A stretch of 64,000 nt of DNA, taken from Fibrobacterales bacterium. GTDB taxonomy: Bacteria; Fibrobacterota; Fibrobacteria; Fibrobacterales; JAOPTW01. The DNA lies in the NCBI GenBank assembly GCA_051532035.1, contig JAOPTW010000013.1, positions 128,001 to 192,000 on the forward strand, written 5' to 3'. The position numbers and the translations under genes are program-made. The notes beneath the pieces were generated by a model that had not been told where the DNA came from, did no database searches, and worked only from the letters and a program-made list of their open reading frames with translations. This document shows, one piece after another, positions 52,754-62,341 of the stretch (the stretch's first letter is position 1; every line of letters starts with the position of its first letter).

Positions 52754-54070
52754 CTATTCAAAAAACACTCGATGCGCACCACTTTCAAAGGTAAAACGTT
52801 GTAGTTCATTCCATATATACTCCCGTATAACACCATAGGAGTTACCCACTTCTGAATGAATAGATTCAGGTACTACGAAAGCTTCAGGGGTCGGTACACC
52901 ATACATTCCCATATAAGTAATCATGCCTGCTAAAAAATAGAGCGTCGGCGTTCCGTGTGGCGCATTGTCTTCATATAAGTCAAGTACTGGAATATTTTTG
53001 AGCGTTGTTTTGGTAAAGAGCTTCGCTAAGATAGGCCCTACAGGAATCATTTTAACCTGTGGATTCTGTTTCACGGTTTCATTATGATACTCCAGAAACC
53101 AGTCGTGAAATGAAGAGAGCGTATGTGCATAATATTGTTCTAAGGCTTCAGCTGTTGGAACTGCATAATTATCATCCTCAGGATCAAAATTCGGCGCAAA
53201 TCCACCCATGTCAGGCCAGTTCTCGTAAATATAGAGTTCGATACCAGGCTCTTGAGCTGAGACCCAATCAAAAATTATATGAGTGTACCCAAGTGGTGAG
53301 TTAGTGTCATTATAGTTATTTTCTGATGCGGGCTTATACTGCACAAAGTTTGCAGGCGTTAACAGTACTGTAGTAAAGTCTACTTCAGAAAAACTCTTTC
53401 CATCATCATCATCCCATATACCAGGTATGGAAGAGATACCCCACTGCGCTGTTGGAGGCAGATTACTATGTTGGCCAAGAAATCCAAACTGACCGCTAAA
53501 ACCATATTCTCTCGAATCTGCAACAGCAAACTCATACATCCAATACGGTACCATAGTTAATTCATTAGTACTGGTGTTATACCGAGACTGGTGATTGATC
53601 AGACTGTGCCCAAAGATATAATTTCGTATTATAGAACGCGCACCTGTTCTCCCTATGAGAGAACTTGAAGAAACAAATTCTTCTGATGACAGGGTATTGC
53701 TTGATGATACCATAGCATCTGATGAATGAGCGCTGCTTGATGATAGCATTCCACTTGACGAAATAATGCTGTATGATGAGAGCTCAGTCATTGATGAAGG
53801 TGTAACGGTTTCCGAACTCATAATTTTTGTATCTGCTGAGCAATGGACATGAGAAGAATAGTTGTCCTTTTCAATACCTTTATCAGATGATACTACTCCA
53901 TCATTTTCTTCTATTACCTGAGATGAAATACTTGCAGTGCTACTCGAAATATCATTAGTTTCTTCACTGATTCTTTCCGTTTCATTCTTATCGATTGCTG
54001 TAGTCAAACAACCCTGCAACGTTGCCATACCATAGAGCATCCCTATGGTTATCCAAATTCCAAATTTCAT
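52754..54070 (-). CDS. Lipoprotein with Ser-rich linker and SGNH-hydrolase-like domain
   Basis: Lipobox LQGC, poly-Ser linker, YIFGHSL block and DNAPHG near the C-terminus. Confidence 0.7.
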   Translation of the reverse strand: MKFGIWITIGMLYGMATLQGCLTTAIDKNETERISEETNDISSSTASISSQVIEENDGVVSSDKGIEKDNYSSHVHCSADTKIMSSETVTPSSMTELSSYSIISSSGMLSSSSAHSSDAMVSSSNTLSSEEFVSSSSLIGRTGARSIIRNYIFGHSLINHQSRYNTSTNELTMVPYWMYEFAVADSREYGFSGQFGFLGQHSNLPPTAQWGISSIPGIWDDDDGKSFSEVDFTTVLLTPANFVQYKPASENNYNDTNSPLGYTHIIFDWVSAQEPGIELYIYENWPDMGGFAPNFDPEDDNYAVPTAEALEQYYAHTLSSFHDWFLEYHNETVKQNPQVKMIPVGPILAKLFTKTTLKNIPVLDLYEDNAPHGTPTLYFLAGMITYMGMYGVPTPEAFVVPESIHSEVGNSYGVIREYIWNELQRFTFESGAHRVFFE

Positions 54071-54278
54071 ATGCCTGTTCCCTTTGTGAGTGTGTCTTTA
54101 AAATAGGTATCCAATATGGTTTAATTGCCATGAATACCTTCCTAGAGGGAAGATGAACAGTCTCGCATAACTGTGTTCTGGGATGATGTTCTATTACTGA
54201 GATACTGTATAAAGAGTATCAAGCATCAGATGAGAATGGCTCTAAAATTATATACTAGTAGATTGGACGTATAAATAC

Positions 54279-55184
54279 TTAGTGATTCCATCCATCGAGG
54301 CCATGTTTAATATTTAATATATTTTCAACCGTTTCTAAAAAGCCATATGCACCTTCATGGCCAAGAGCCCCTGCCCTATCAAACAATGTTAGTGCTTCGT
54401 AATAATAGTCTTCATCATTCATTATAGTGGCCATTTTAAGAGCAGCTTTTCCTTTAATCATATATGCCAATGCATAACTATCGGTGACCTCAATGCACTT
54501 GGCCGCATCCTCATAGGCTCCCCAATAATCAGAGACCTTCAATTTTGCTTTCGCCCGATATACATACGCCATATCAGACTCTTCTTCTTCGTCAATATAT
54601 TGATTAAGTAATTCAATGCCTATAATATTTGATTCAATATCTACATACGATATGGCACGATATAAGCGATTACGCCCCGTTTGACAAAGATCAAAGCCTG
54701 TATTAAAACAATCAGAAAGTATATCCTTTGGATTATTTATAGTAAAGTTGATTTGAATCCTCATATCTAAAGCCTCTTCTTTTAGGCTGGTGTTAGAGGT
54801 CTTATACAGTAAGTAGTTTATTTCAGTTAACGCTTTTCTGTATTCATTCTTAAAAAAGAGACACTGAGCTTTTGTTAAAAATAATTCATCAAAGACAATA
54901 TCTTGTTCGATAATATTATTTATATGATCAATACATTTATCAAAATTATTTTTGACCATATTCCCTACAGCCAATCCATATTCACAAAGATGAGAGTTTG
55001 GATACGATTCAAGGCACTCTTGAAAACCTTTTATAGCTCCATCTGGGTCTTGTGTTACGTCACTATAATACGTATTGTAATAATTATCGAGTAATGAATT
55101 ATATCCCGATTGAGAGAGTTCCGCTGAGTAAATATTCATGCTCAATAACAGAACAAATATTATTTGTGGTACCTTGCTGTTCAT
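54279..55184 (-). CDS. Secreted tetratricopeptide-repeat protein
   Basis: Signal peptide; TPR-like helices (AYVYRAKAKLKVSDYWGAYEDAAKCIE, AYMIKGKA). Confidence 0.8.
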   Translation of the reverse strand: MNSKVPQIIFVLLLSMNIYSAELSQSGYNSLLDNYYNTYYSDVTQDPDGAIKGFQECLESYPNSHLCEYGLAVGNMVKNNFDKCIDHINNIIEQDIVFDELFLTKAQCLFFKNEYRKALTEINYLLYKTSNTSLKEEALDMRIQINFTINNPKDILSDCFNTGFDLCQTGRNRLYRAISYVDIESNIIGIELLNQYIDEEEESDMAYVYRAKAKLKVSDYWGAYEDAAKCIEVTDSYALAYMIKGKAALKMATIMNDEDYYYEALTLFDRAGALGHEGAYGFLETVENILNIKHGLDGWNH

Positions 55185-55367
55185 GGTTGAACCTCCAGGC
55201 TAAATATTTACACTCTTAGTATACCATGAATCGGGAATAAATTCACTTATATTCAGTATATCGTGAAACGTTTATTTTGGGTTGTTTTAGGCTCAAAATA
55301 GCTGTAAATTACTCTTCAATTTTGATTTAAGGAAGGATTACGCTTTTATCCCCCAGCCCCTTATTAG

Positions 55368-57284
55368 CTACGTTTTGTTTGGGAAAACGTACGGGAGAAT
55401 TATTTTAAAAGTTGTTCTTTCTCCTTCTACCGAATCAACAACCAAATCTCCACCATGATTCTCTCTTATTATAAAATATGAAACACTCAATCCAAGACCA
55501 GTACCAACTCCAACAGCTTTTGTGGTAAAGAATGGTTCAAATATTCTTTTACGTACATTTTCTGGCATTCCTGGGCCATTATCTTCAATACTAATCACCA
55601 AATTGTTATTGGAATCGTTGTTTAAGCGTATAATAAAACGTGGAGCTCGACCTATACGATCTTGTGCGGTGAGCGTATTCAGATGATCGAACATAGCTTC
55701 TGCACCATTACGAAAAATATTGAGGACTACCTGTTGTATCAGAGTGCGTTCGCAAAATATTGGCTTTATTGAGCCACTATACTCTCTGACAATCTCTAAG
55801 GACTTAAAGTCATAATTCTTTTTAATATCAAAATCTGTTGATGCAATTAAAATGATAGAGTCTATCAGTTCAGAGATGTCAACTTCAGTTTTCTCATGAG
55901 TATCCTTACGTGAAAAATCTAGCATATTGGAAATAATTTCTGCCGCTCGCTGCCCTGATGAATCAATATTATCCAATATCCTTACTATTTGTCGTTCCTC
56001 CAGATATTGTTTTAATATTTGGGGATCCAATTGTAATTTATTTGCTATTTCACTGTTTTTACGCATATCAAAATTAGTCAATCTATTTTTCAAGTTCGTT
56101 ATGCCTTGTAAAATTCCCCCGAGCGGATTATTGAGTTCATGAGCCATTCCAGCTGCCAACCCACCGACAGAGAGCATTTTTTCACTTTGAACCAATGTCT
56201 CCTCCATTTTGACTTTTTCTGAAACATCATCAATTCTAATTACTGCTCCAGAGGCACTGCCACCTATTAATGGAAATACCGTAACATCCTCGATTACAGT
56301 CAGCCCCTCTCTCTCTCTCCGTACTCGTAAGGTCTGAATTTCTTTTTGACTAATACCATTCTTAATAAATGTTAAATCAGCATAATACTCCGCGAGTAAT
56401 GTAGTACATTTTTTACCATATGCTGCGGGTGCACTGATACCAAAAAAGAGCTCTGCCTGATTATTCCACAGTGTTATCTCTTCGTGAGAATCAACCCCAA
56501 TAATTATTGATTCCATTGAGTCTATAGTATTAGCTAATATATTTTGAAATTGTTTGAGTTCAATTTCAGCATGGTCTCTTTCCTTAGAACGCACATTTAT
56601 TTGTGTGAGCATTTCTAAAAAGCCATCATACAATATCCCAATTTCTCCAGAGTATTTATGTTCAAGAGTAATAGAGTAATCACCTGTTTGTGATACTTTT
56701 GAGGTAACATCAGCGAGTCTGATGAGTGGTTGAGATATTATACCCTGTTTAGTCTTGGCTATACCATAGGCAATAGCAATTACAACCACACAGACAGCCA
56801 TCATAGTAAAAATATGAGATAATATATCGGAATAAATTTCTGATGTTGAAACTCGGAAATAGAGCTGTCCTTTATATTCACCATTATAGGTAATATCATT
56901 AAATAGATGGAGCCACTCTTTATCAAATTTTTGTAGTTCTTTATTATGGTGTATAAATTTCGGATCAAATGGTATTCCCCTATGATATGCACCAATAATT
57001 CCCCCCATCGTATTGTATACGATCACATCTGATATATTGGGAACCTTCTTAAGTTTATGAATGACATCTATCACCTCATCTGTATACCCAAAATCTAGAG
57101 GAGTAATAAGATATTCACTTATGAGATGTGCTTGTAACTGAGCATTTTTTGCCAGATTATTTTTACTATTATAGTAGCTATCAACAATATCAAATGCACT
57201 TAATACAACTATAGAAATGAGAGTTATAGACAATATAATTTGTATCAATGTACTTTGAATGGTTTGGGCTGATCTAAAAATCAT
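55368..57284 (-). CDS. Membrane sensor histidine kinase (periplasmic sensor, HAMP, PAS, HisKA, HATPase)
   Basis: Two TM segments; GMAHELNNP H-box; QQVVLNIFRNG, DNGPG, FEPFFTTK, GTGLGL. Confidence 0.95.
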   Translation of the reverse strand: MIFRSAQTIQSTLIQIILSITLISIVVLSAFDIVDSYYNSKNNLAKNAQLQAHLISEYLITPLDFGYTDEVIDVIHKLKKVPNISDVIVYNTMGGIIGAYHRGIPFDPKFIHHNKELQKFDKEWLHLFNDITYNGEYKGQLYFRVSTSEIYSDILSHIFTMMAVCVVVIAIAYGIAKTKQGIISQPLIRLADVTSKVSQTGDYSITLEHKYSGEIGILYDGFLEMLTQINVRSKERDHAEIELKQFQNILANTIDSMESIIIGVDSHEEITLWNNQAELFFGISAPAAYGKKCTTLLAEYYADLTFIKNGISQKEIQTLRVRREREGLTVIEDVTVFPLIGGSASGAVIRIDDVSEKVKMEETLVQSEKMLSVGGLAAGMAHELNNPLGGILQGITNLKNRLTNFDMRKNSEIANKLQLDPQILKQYLEERQIVRILDNIDSSGQRAAEIISNMLDFSRKDTHEKTEVDISELIDSIILIASTDFDIKKNYDFKSLEIVREYSGSIKPIFCERTLIQQVVLNIFRNGAEAMFDHLNTLTAQDRIGRAPRFIIRLNNDSNNNLVISIEDNGPGMPENVRKRIFEPFFTTKAVGVGTGLGLSVSYFIIRENHGGDLVVDSVEGERTTFKIILPYVFPNKT

Positions 57285-57805
57285 TTACCCCCCACTGCTT
57301 TAGAATCTATTAACCGCGCGATTTTTTTAAGTCTATAATCAACAGTTATTCCCGCCACGTTCAACGCAGATTCATTCAATTCAAATCGGACTGTTTCATT
57401 CTCTAAATAAAAATTGACATGTATACCTTGTTTAGTAAAACCAGGACTATCCCCCATTAATAAAACAGACTTTTTTTCCCAATTCTGTATGATATCCTGC
57501 AATGTATTAAGATCACTGCAAACAAAAACAATATCACTCTCTTCCATTCCCGAATACGGAATATTTTTAACTCTAACATTCCGTCCCTTCATTTTTTTAT
57601 CATAAGATAAACTATAAAGTAAATCCATCAGGTCACAATCACCATACACAGAAAATAAAATTGAATCATTATCCATTTGGGGCCAAGTAATATATGAAAC
57701 TAACCGCCATATAAACACAGCCTTTACTTCATTGATATTTTGTTGTCCAAAACTAATTGATAGAATCAATACTACAAAAACACATATATTTACAAAACGA
57801 ACCAT
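57281..57805 (-). CDS. YfiR family (DUF4154) periplasmic protein
   Basis: EVKAVFIWRLVSYITWP and GIHVNFYLENETVRFELN...AGITV...L; 4-bp overlap with the kinase. Confidence 0.85.
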   Translation of the reverse strand: MVRFVNICVFVVLILSISFGQQNINEVKAVFIWRLVSYITWPQMDNDSILFSVYGDCDLMDLLYSLSYDKKMKGRNVRVKNIPYSGMEESDIVFVCSDLNTLQDIIQNWEKKSVLLMGDSPGFTKQGIHVNFYLENETVRFELNESALNVAGITVDYRLKKIARLIDSKAVGGK

Positions 57806-57959
57806 TTTTCAATTCTGCGTTACAGTGTTAAGCCACTTAAATCAAGTGTACAACATATATATAGGAGAGTCAATACAGCATTTATGGCAATAATACTCAT
57901 TTAAATCGAGCAATTTGCTTAATTATACCCTATAATATTTAAGTGAATACATAGAATTA

Positions 57960-60092
57960 ATGACGTTCAAAGATGGTTCCATTATGATATATAATCGAGC
58001 ATTAACCAAGCTGCAGCTATCATGCAAAAAAACAATACTAATACTTCTCTATAGCTTCTTCGCGGTGCTTCCAGCAGATGCGAAAAATGCACCGCTCGAT
58101 TCTCTCTTTACAATCCCCTTTGAAGAACTCCTTAATGTGAAGGTATATACCCCAACAAAACAACAGCAACATATCAGTAATGTCCCTGGGGTAATTTCGA
58201 TTATAACTCAAGATGAACTTCAACTTTTTGGGGCACATACCTTATTCGAGGCTCTCAACAGACTCCCCAATGTAATGAGTAATATCGGGCACTCAATTAA
58301 TACTATCTCAATACGAGGAAGTGAATTCAATTTTTTAAAGGGAAATATCTCTTACCTTATCGATGGGCTTCCTATAAGAAATATTGGAGGTAACGGGACG
58401 TACTATAATTTTCTCTATACCTTCCCTATTAATCGCGTAAAACAGATTGAAGTTATACGAGGCCCAGGTTCTGTCCAATATGGTAATAACGCTTTTGACG
58501 GTGTTATTAACATTATTACTCAAGATGCTGTACCTGACCATCACATTCAAACAAATCTTCAAATTGGAGAATACAACACTCGTCATTATGGTATTGATGC
58601 CTGGGAACAGTTTGGCGATTTTGTTTTACATGGTAACTATCTGTTGGCCTCAAGTGATGGCATACCGCTCAAATCAAATGGAAACCATACCCTAACGCTT
58701 GAACCAGAAAACCCATCAGGTACGATAACGAATACACCATTTGAACTACAGGCTCCTGAAAATAAGGATTATTATTTTGCGGAATTGCGTTATAAATCAG
58801 TTACACTTTTTTACCAAAATGCTTATTCAAATAAATTTATTTCTCATCTCTTTAACCCATCATTCCAGCAGGTCTTTACTGAACCAAATGAATTATATAC
58901 TCAGCTCAATTATTCAAGCCTTTCTAAAATGGTCGGTGTTACGATAAAGCACCAGTTGAATAAAAACCTTTCGATTGATGGCTCTTTCTTTAGACATACA
59001 GAAACCTTTAAATGGATTCTGGGTTCCATGAATCTGATCCATATAGAAGGAACAGAATACAACAGTGATGCCAGGATACACTACACCATAAACAAAGATA
59101 TCTCATTTCAATCAGGGGTACATTATCGAAGACTTAAATCAGACAAGAACACTTTGACGGTCCCTTATGATTTTCAATATCTCTCATTTATGACAGAACT
59201 TAATGTGGTATTTGATAAACTGGCATTCTATATGGGATTTCAATACAATAAACCCTTTAAATATACTGGAGCCCTGGTACCCCGATTTGCGTCACTCTAC
59301 AATGTAACAAACAAATTTACCATCAAATACTCTTTGGCCCAGGCATTTCGGACTCCCAACCCCCCAGAGTATTTATATGATAATTTCATCACCAGTCCTA
59401 CTGATTCTTCTATTATATATTTGGACAAAGGGAACCCCGACCTGAAGCCAGAAATCATCACCACTCATGACTTTCAGCTGCTGTATTCAACCTCAAAAAT
59501 TGTAACATCACTGACAGGGTACTATGCGATTGCAGAAAACCTCATCAGCTCACACCCTAAGGATGTTGCCCTTGGAGATACGGTTGTTACCTATTCAGAT
59601 TTTAAAGACAATCTTGATGAACGTGTTTCGTATGGTGTTGAGTATGAAGGCAAATTTACATTGTATAACAATTGGTTTAGTACCAACTCCATAACCTGGA
59701 ACCAGAATATTTTCAATGATTCAATAACAAATTATACTCTCAGCCCTAATTACCAAATAAAGTGCGGAATCTCTTACAAAGTCCCCCTGTTTTCATTATC
59801 TTCTTTTGTCATTTATTCTGATAGTTATGAGACGATTCCAGTAAACCGAACGCCCAATGATGTCCTTAAAATCAACCCATCACCCAACTCATTTATTGAT
59901 GTATCCGCCCACATACAAATAAATATACACACTATATTTTCTTTCCCTTATCCTGAGATGCAAATGCAAGTATACGGAAGGAACCTTCTTGATTATAAAC
60001 ACTGGCAACCAGACTTACATAGTTACCATTACAATAGCTTGCCCGGTATGGAAGGGAGAAATTTCCTTGTTCAACTTATTACGGTGTTTTAA
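57960..60092 (+). CDS. TonB-dependent receptor
   Basis: FEELLNVKV...TK, plug motif VKQIEVIRGPGSVQYGNNAFDGVINIIT, GNPDLKPE, terminal Phe. Confidence 0.92.
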   Translation: MTFKDGSIMIYNRALTKLQLSCKKTILILLYSFFAVLPADAKNAPLDSLFTIPFEELLNVKVYTPTKQQQHISNVPGVISIITQDELQLFGAHTLFEALNRLPNVMSNIGHSINTISIRGSEFNFLKGNISYLIDGLPIRNIGGNGTYYNFLYTFPINRVKQIEVIRGPGSVQYGNNAFDGVINIITQDAVPDHHIQTNLQIGEYNTRHYGIDAWEQFGDFVLHGNYLLASSDGIPLKSNGNHTLTLEPENPSGTITNTPFELQAPENKDYYFAELRYKSVTLFYQNAYSNKFISHLFNPSFQQVFTEPNELYTQLNYSSLSKMVGVTIKHQLNKNLSIDGSFFRHTETFKWILGSMNLIHIEGTEYNSDARIHYTINKDISFQSGVHYRRLKSDKNTLTVPYDFQYLSFMTELNVVFDKLAFYMGFQYNKPFKYTGALVPRFASLYNVTNKFTIKYSLAQAFRTPNPPEYLYDNFITSPTDSSIIYLDKGNPDLKPEIITTHDFQLLYSTSKIVTSLTGYYAIAENLISSHPKDVALGDTVVTYSDFKDNLDERVSYGVEYEGKFTLYNNWFSTNSITWNQNIFNDSITNYTLSPNYQIKCGISYKVPLFSLSSFVIYSDSYETIPVNRTPNDVLKINPSPNSFIDVSAHIQINIHTIFSFPYPEMQMQVYGRNLLDYKHWQPDLHSYHYNSLPGMEGRNFLVQLITVF

Positions 60093-60280
60093 TAGCGATA
60101 CCATAGTCCATCAAATGTGTGTGTGTGAGTTCGAAACACATTTTACAACATCGTATTCATTAACGTGTACAAAAAAGAATTGCCTCATAAAAGGCAGCTA
60201 AAATAACCCAACATCTTTTTTGAAGTAAGTATCATTTGTATATCAACTCAATCCACCACTATTATACCATTAGGAAATGT

Positions 60281-62257
60281 ATGTCAAAATTTAAGATTGG
60301 TAATGTATCACTCCTTCTCCTTTCAATTGTTCTATTGATAGCATGTGATGTGAGTGATCCTAACCTTAAAAATCAAATATCAGAGCAGAGCACCTATGAT
60401 ATGGAGGTACCCCCTGCCTTTAATTTTAACCAACAAAGTACTCCAAAAGATTTTCGGGTTTTGGTGACTTCAGCTGATGGCCAGCCTCTCTCAGACAAGC
60501 AAGTAGAAGTATGGGACAAAGATACCGTTCTTATAAAACGAGGGTACACCAATGCCAACGGACATTTTTTCTATAACGGCACAAACTCAGATGAATATCT
60601 TTTTGTTGCAGTGCAAGAACCCGATTTTGATAAGGTTCTCTATCCTGTGCGATTAGAAAGCGAAGAGGAACTCACTATAGCCTCACACAACCCTATAACG
60701 CCTACTCTATTAAAACACTCAACAATTACCAGTACCGCTCAGCAAACCTCTTCTGAGTATAATGGTCATGTCGGCCGTGTTGCGTTTGAAGATCTCTATC
60801 CAACTTTGGGTGATTTTGACTTCAATGATGTCGTTATGGATTATACGATTATAGAGCACACCACTATTACTGATAATGGGAGCAGCCTTGATACGGCCCT
60901 CTCTCAAATAGAATTCAAAATCATCCCGGTTGCTCATGGTGCATATTATGACCATGGGTTTGCTATTTCACTGGGGCACACAAGAGCACCAACGTCAATT
61001 ACCATAAATGGTATTCCTCAAGATGTCGCTGCTATAACAATTTATGGCGAATGCATACTCACATTTACCAATAATATTTTTTCTGAATACCAACTCCCTG
61101 CCAATAAACGATATGTAAATGTAGGGGCAGGCTCTACACAAGGGCAACACACAGTAGTGCCCTATGAGGCGCTCCCTGTCTTTACTGCACTTGTAACCTT
61201 TGCGCCAGGAACACAACCCTTGAAGCATACTGCCCCCTATAAACCTTTTTTAAAATGGGGAGGCAGCTTGACCAAACAAGTGCACCTTCCTGGTCAAATA
61301 CCAATACATGGGTTTGACAACCAATACCTTTCTATGGAAGAAGAAGGAACTGATTATGTTCCTCATGATACCCTCAGTAATTTTAGAACTCTCAACAATC
61401 TTCCTTGGGCTATAATAGTCAACAATGACTGGTACCCTCCACAAGAGAATGTACACATCGTTGCAACAACACCTGATTTTGCGTGTTATGTTGAATCAGG
61501 CGGTACAAACTGTAATAACTGGTATGCACGCCCCGATGATGCAACCGCAGATGAACGAGCAGTATTGTTGCAAGAGGCGATATTTGAAGAACCAGCAGTA
61601 CCTCTAGAGCTCCCCTCTTCTTCTAGTGAAATTTCGAGTTCTTCAATGGCATTAAGTAGTGTGGCCACACTGCCTTCGCGCAGTTCAACAGAACCAATAG
61701 AAAGTAGCAGTAGTAGTGTCATCATTATCGACTACCCTACTACCCTCATAGGTGACGATGCATGGACTATTAAAAATGTAGACTACCCTGTAGAAGGTTC
61801 GACCTGTGTCCCCGGTGATGAATCACTGTGCACTACCTATGGCAGATACTATACCTGGGATCAGGCTCAAACTGCTTGCTCTGAAGGCTGGCGACTTCCG
61901 AGTCCCCAGGATTGGAATAATATAGCCGAAGCAATTGGAAGATATTTTAACTCAAATAACTATGTTAGCCAAGCCGCTCGATACCTAAGAGGAGTGTCAA
62001 ATCCTACGGGTTTTGGCGCCTGGAAGCGTGATTACTCTGTCAGTAACGATGAATTTAAGTTTAATGCAAGGGCTCTTGGCTATTTACCTGTTCCTGGAGC
62101 AATCCAAAACCTAGGCAATAAGGCCCTTTGGTGGACATCTGATGAATCAGGTGAATATGGAACTTTTGTATTTATTGATAAAAGTATTACATGGATTCAA
62201 ACCTACCCAAGCGGAAACAAAAATATGCAAATACCGGTGCGGTGTATTAAAGAGTAA
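60281..62257 (+). CDS. Lipoprotein with LruC/DUF4842-like domain and C-terminal FISUMP (Fibrobacter major paralogous)-like domain
   Basis: Start MSKFKIG...LIAC lipobox (RBS AGGA); AFEDLYP.GDFDFND; LPWAIIV; Ser linker; YGRYYTWDQAQTACSEGWRLPS...WWTS...VRCIKE. Confidence 0.85.
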   Translation: MSKFKIGNVSLLLLSIVLLIACDVSDPNLKNQISEQSTYDMEVPPAFNFNQQSTPKDFRVLVTSADGQPLSDKQVEVWDKDTVLIKRGYTNANGHFFYNGTNSDEYLFVAVQEPDFDKVLYPVRLESEEELTIASHNPITPTLLKHSTITSTAQQTSSEYNGHVGRVAFEDLYPTLGDFDFNDVVMDYTIIEHTTITDNGSSLDTALSQIEFKIIPVAHGAYYDHGFAISLGHTRAPTSITINGIPQDVAAITIYGECILTFTNNIFSEYQLPANKRYVNVGAGSTQGQHTVVPYEALPVFTALVTFAPGTQPLKHTAPYKPFLKWGGSLTKQVHLPGQIPIHGFDNQYLSMEEEGTDYVPHDTLSNFRTLNNLPWAIIVNNDWYPPQENVHIVATTPDFACYVESGGTNCNNWYARPDDATADERAVLLQEAIFEEPAVPLELPSSSSEISSSSMALSSVATLPSRSSTEPIESSSSSVIIIDYPTTLIGDDAWTIKNVDYPVEGSTCVPGDESLCTTYGRYYTWDQAQTACSEGWRLPSPQDWNNIAEAIGRYFNSNNYVSQAARYLRGVSNPTGFGAWKRDYSVSNDEFKFNARALGYLPVPGAIQNLGNKALWWTSDESGEYGTFVFIDKSITWIQTYPSGNKNMQIPVRCIKE

Positions 62258-62293
62258 TGAGTTTCAGGACGTGATACTTATTTTCACAGATAG

Positions 62294-62327
62294 AGGGGCT
62301 TTTTCATTTTCGAAAAAGTCCCTTTTT
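62294..62327 (+). terminator. Terminator between convergent genes
   Basis: AGGGGCTTTTTC-ATTTTC-GAAAAAGTCCCT-TTTT. Confidence 0.7.
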
Positions 62328-62341
62328 AGCACTCATTTTAG

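Noticed and set aside
56307..56318. (CT)6 tract in the kinase, and A8 at 3971-3978 in the RHS leader, as phase-variation sites
   Set aside because: The tracts are short, both genes are in frame, and there is no evidence of variation in a single sequence.
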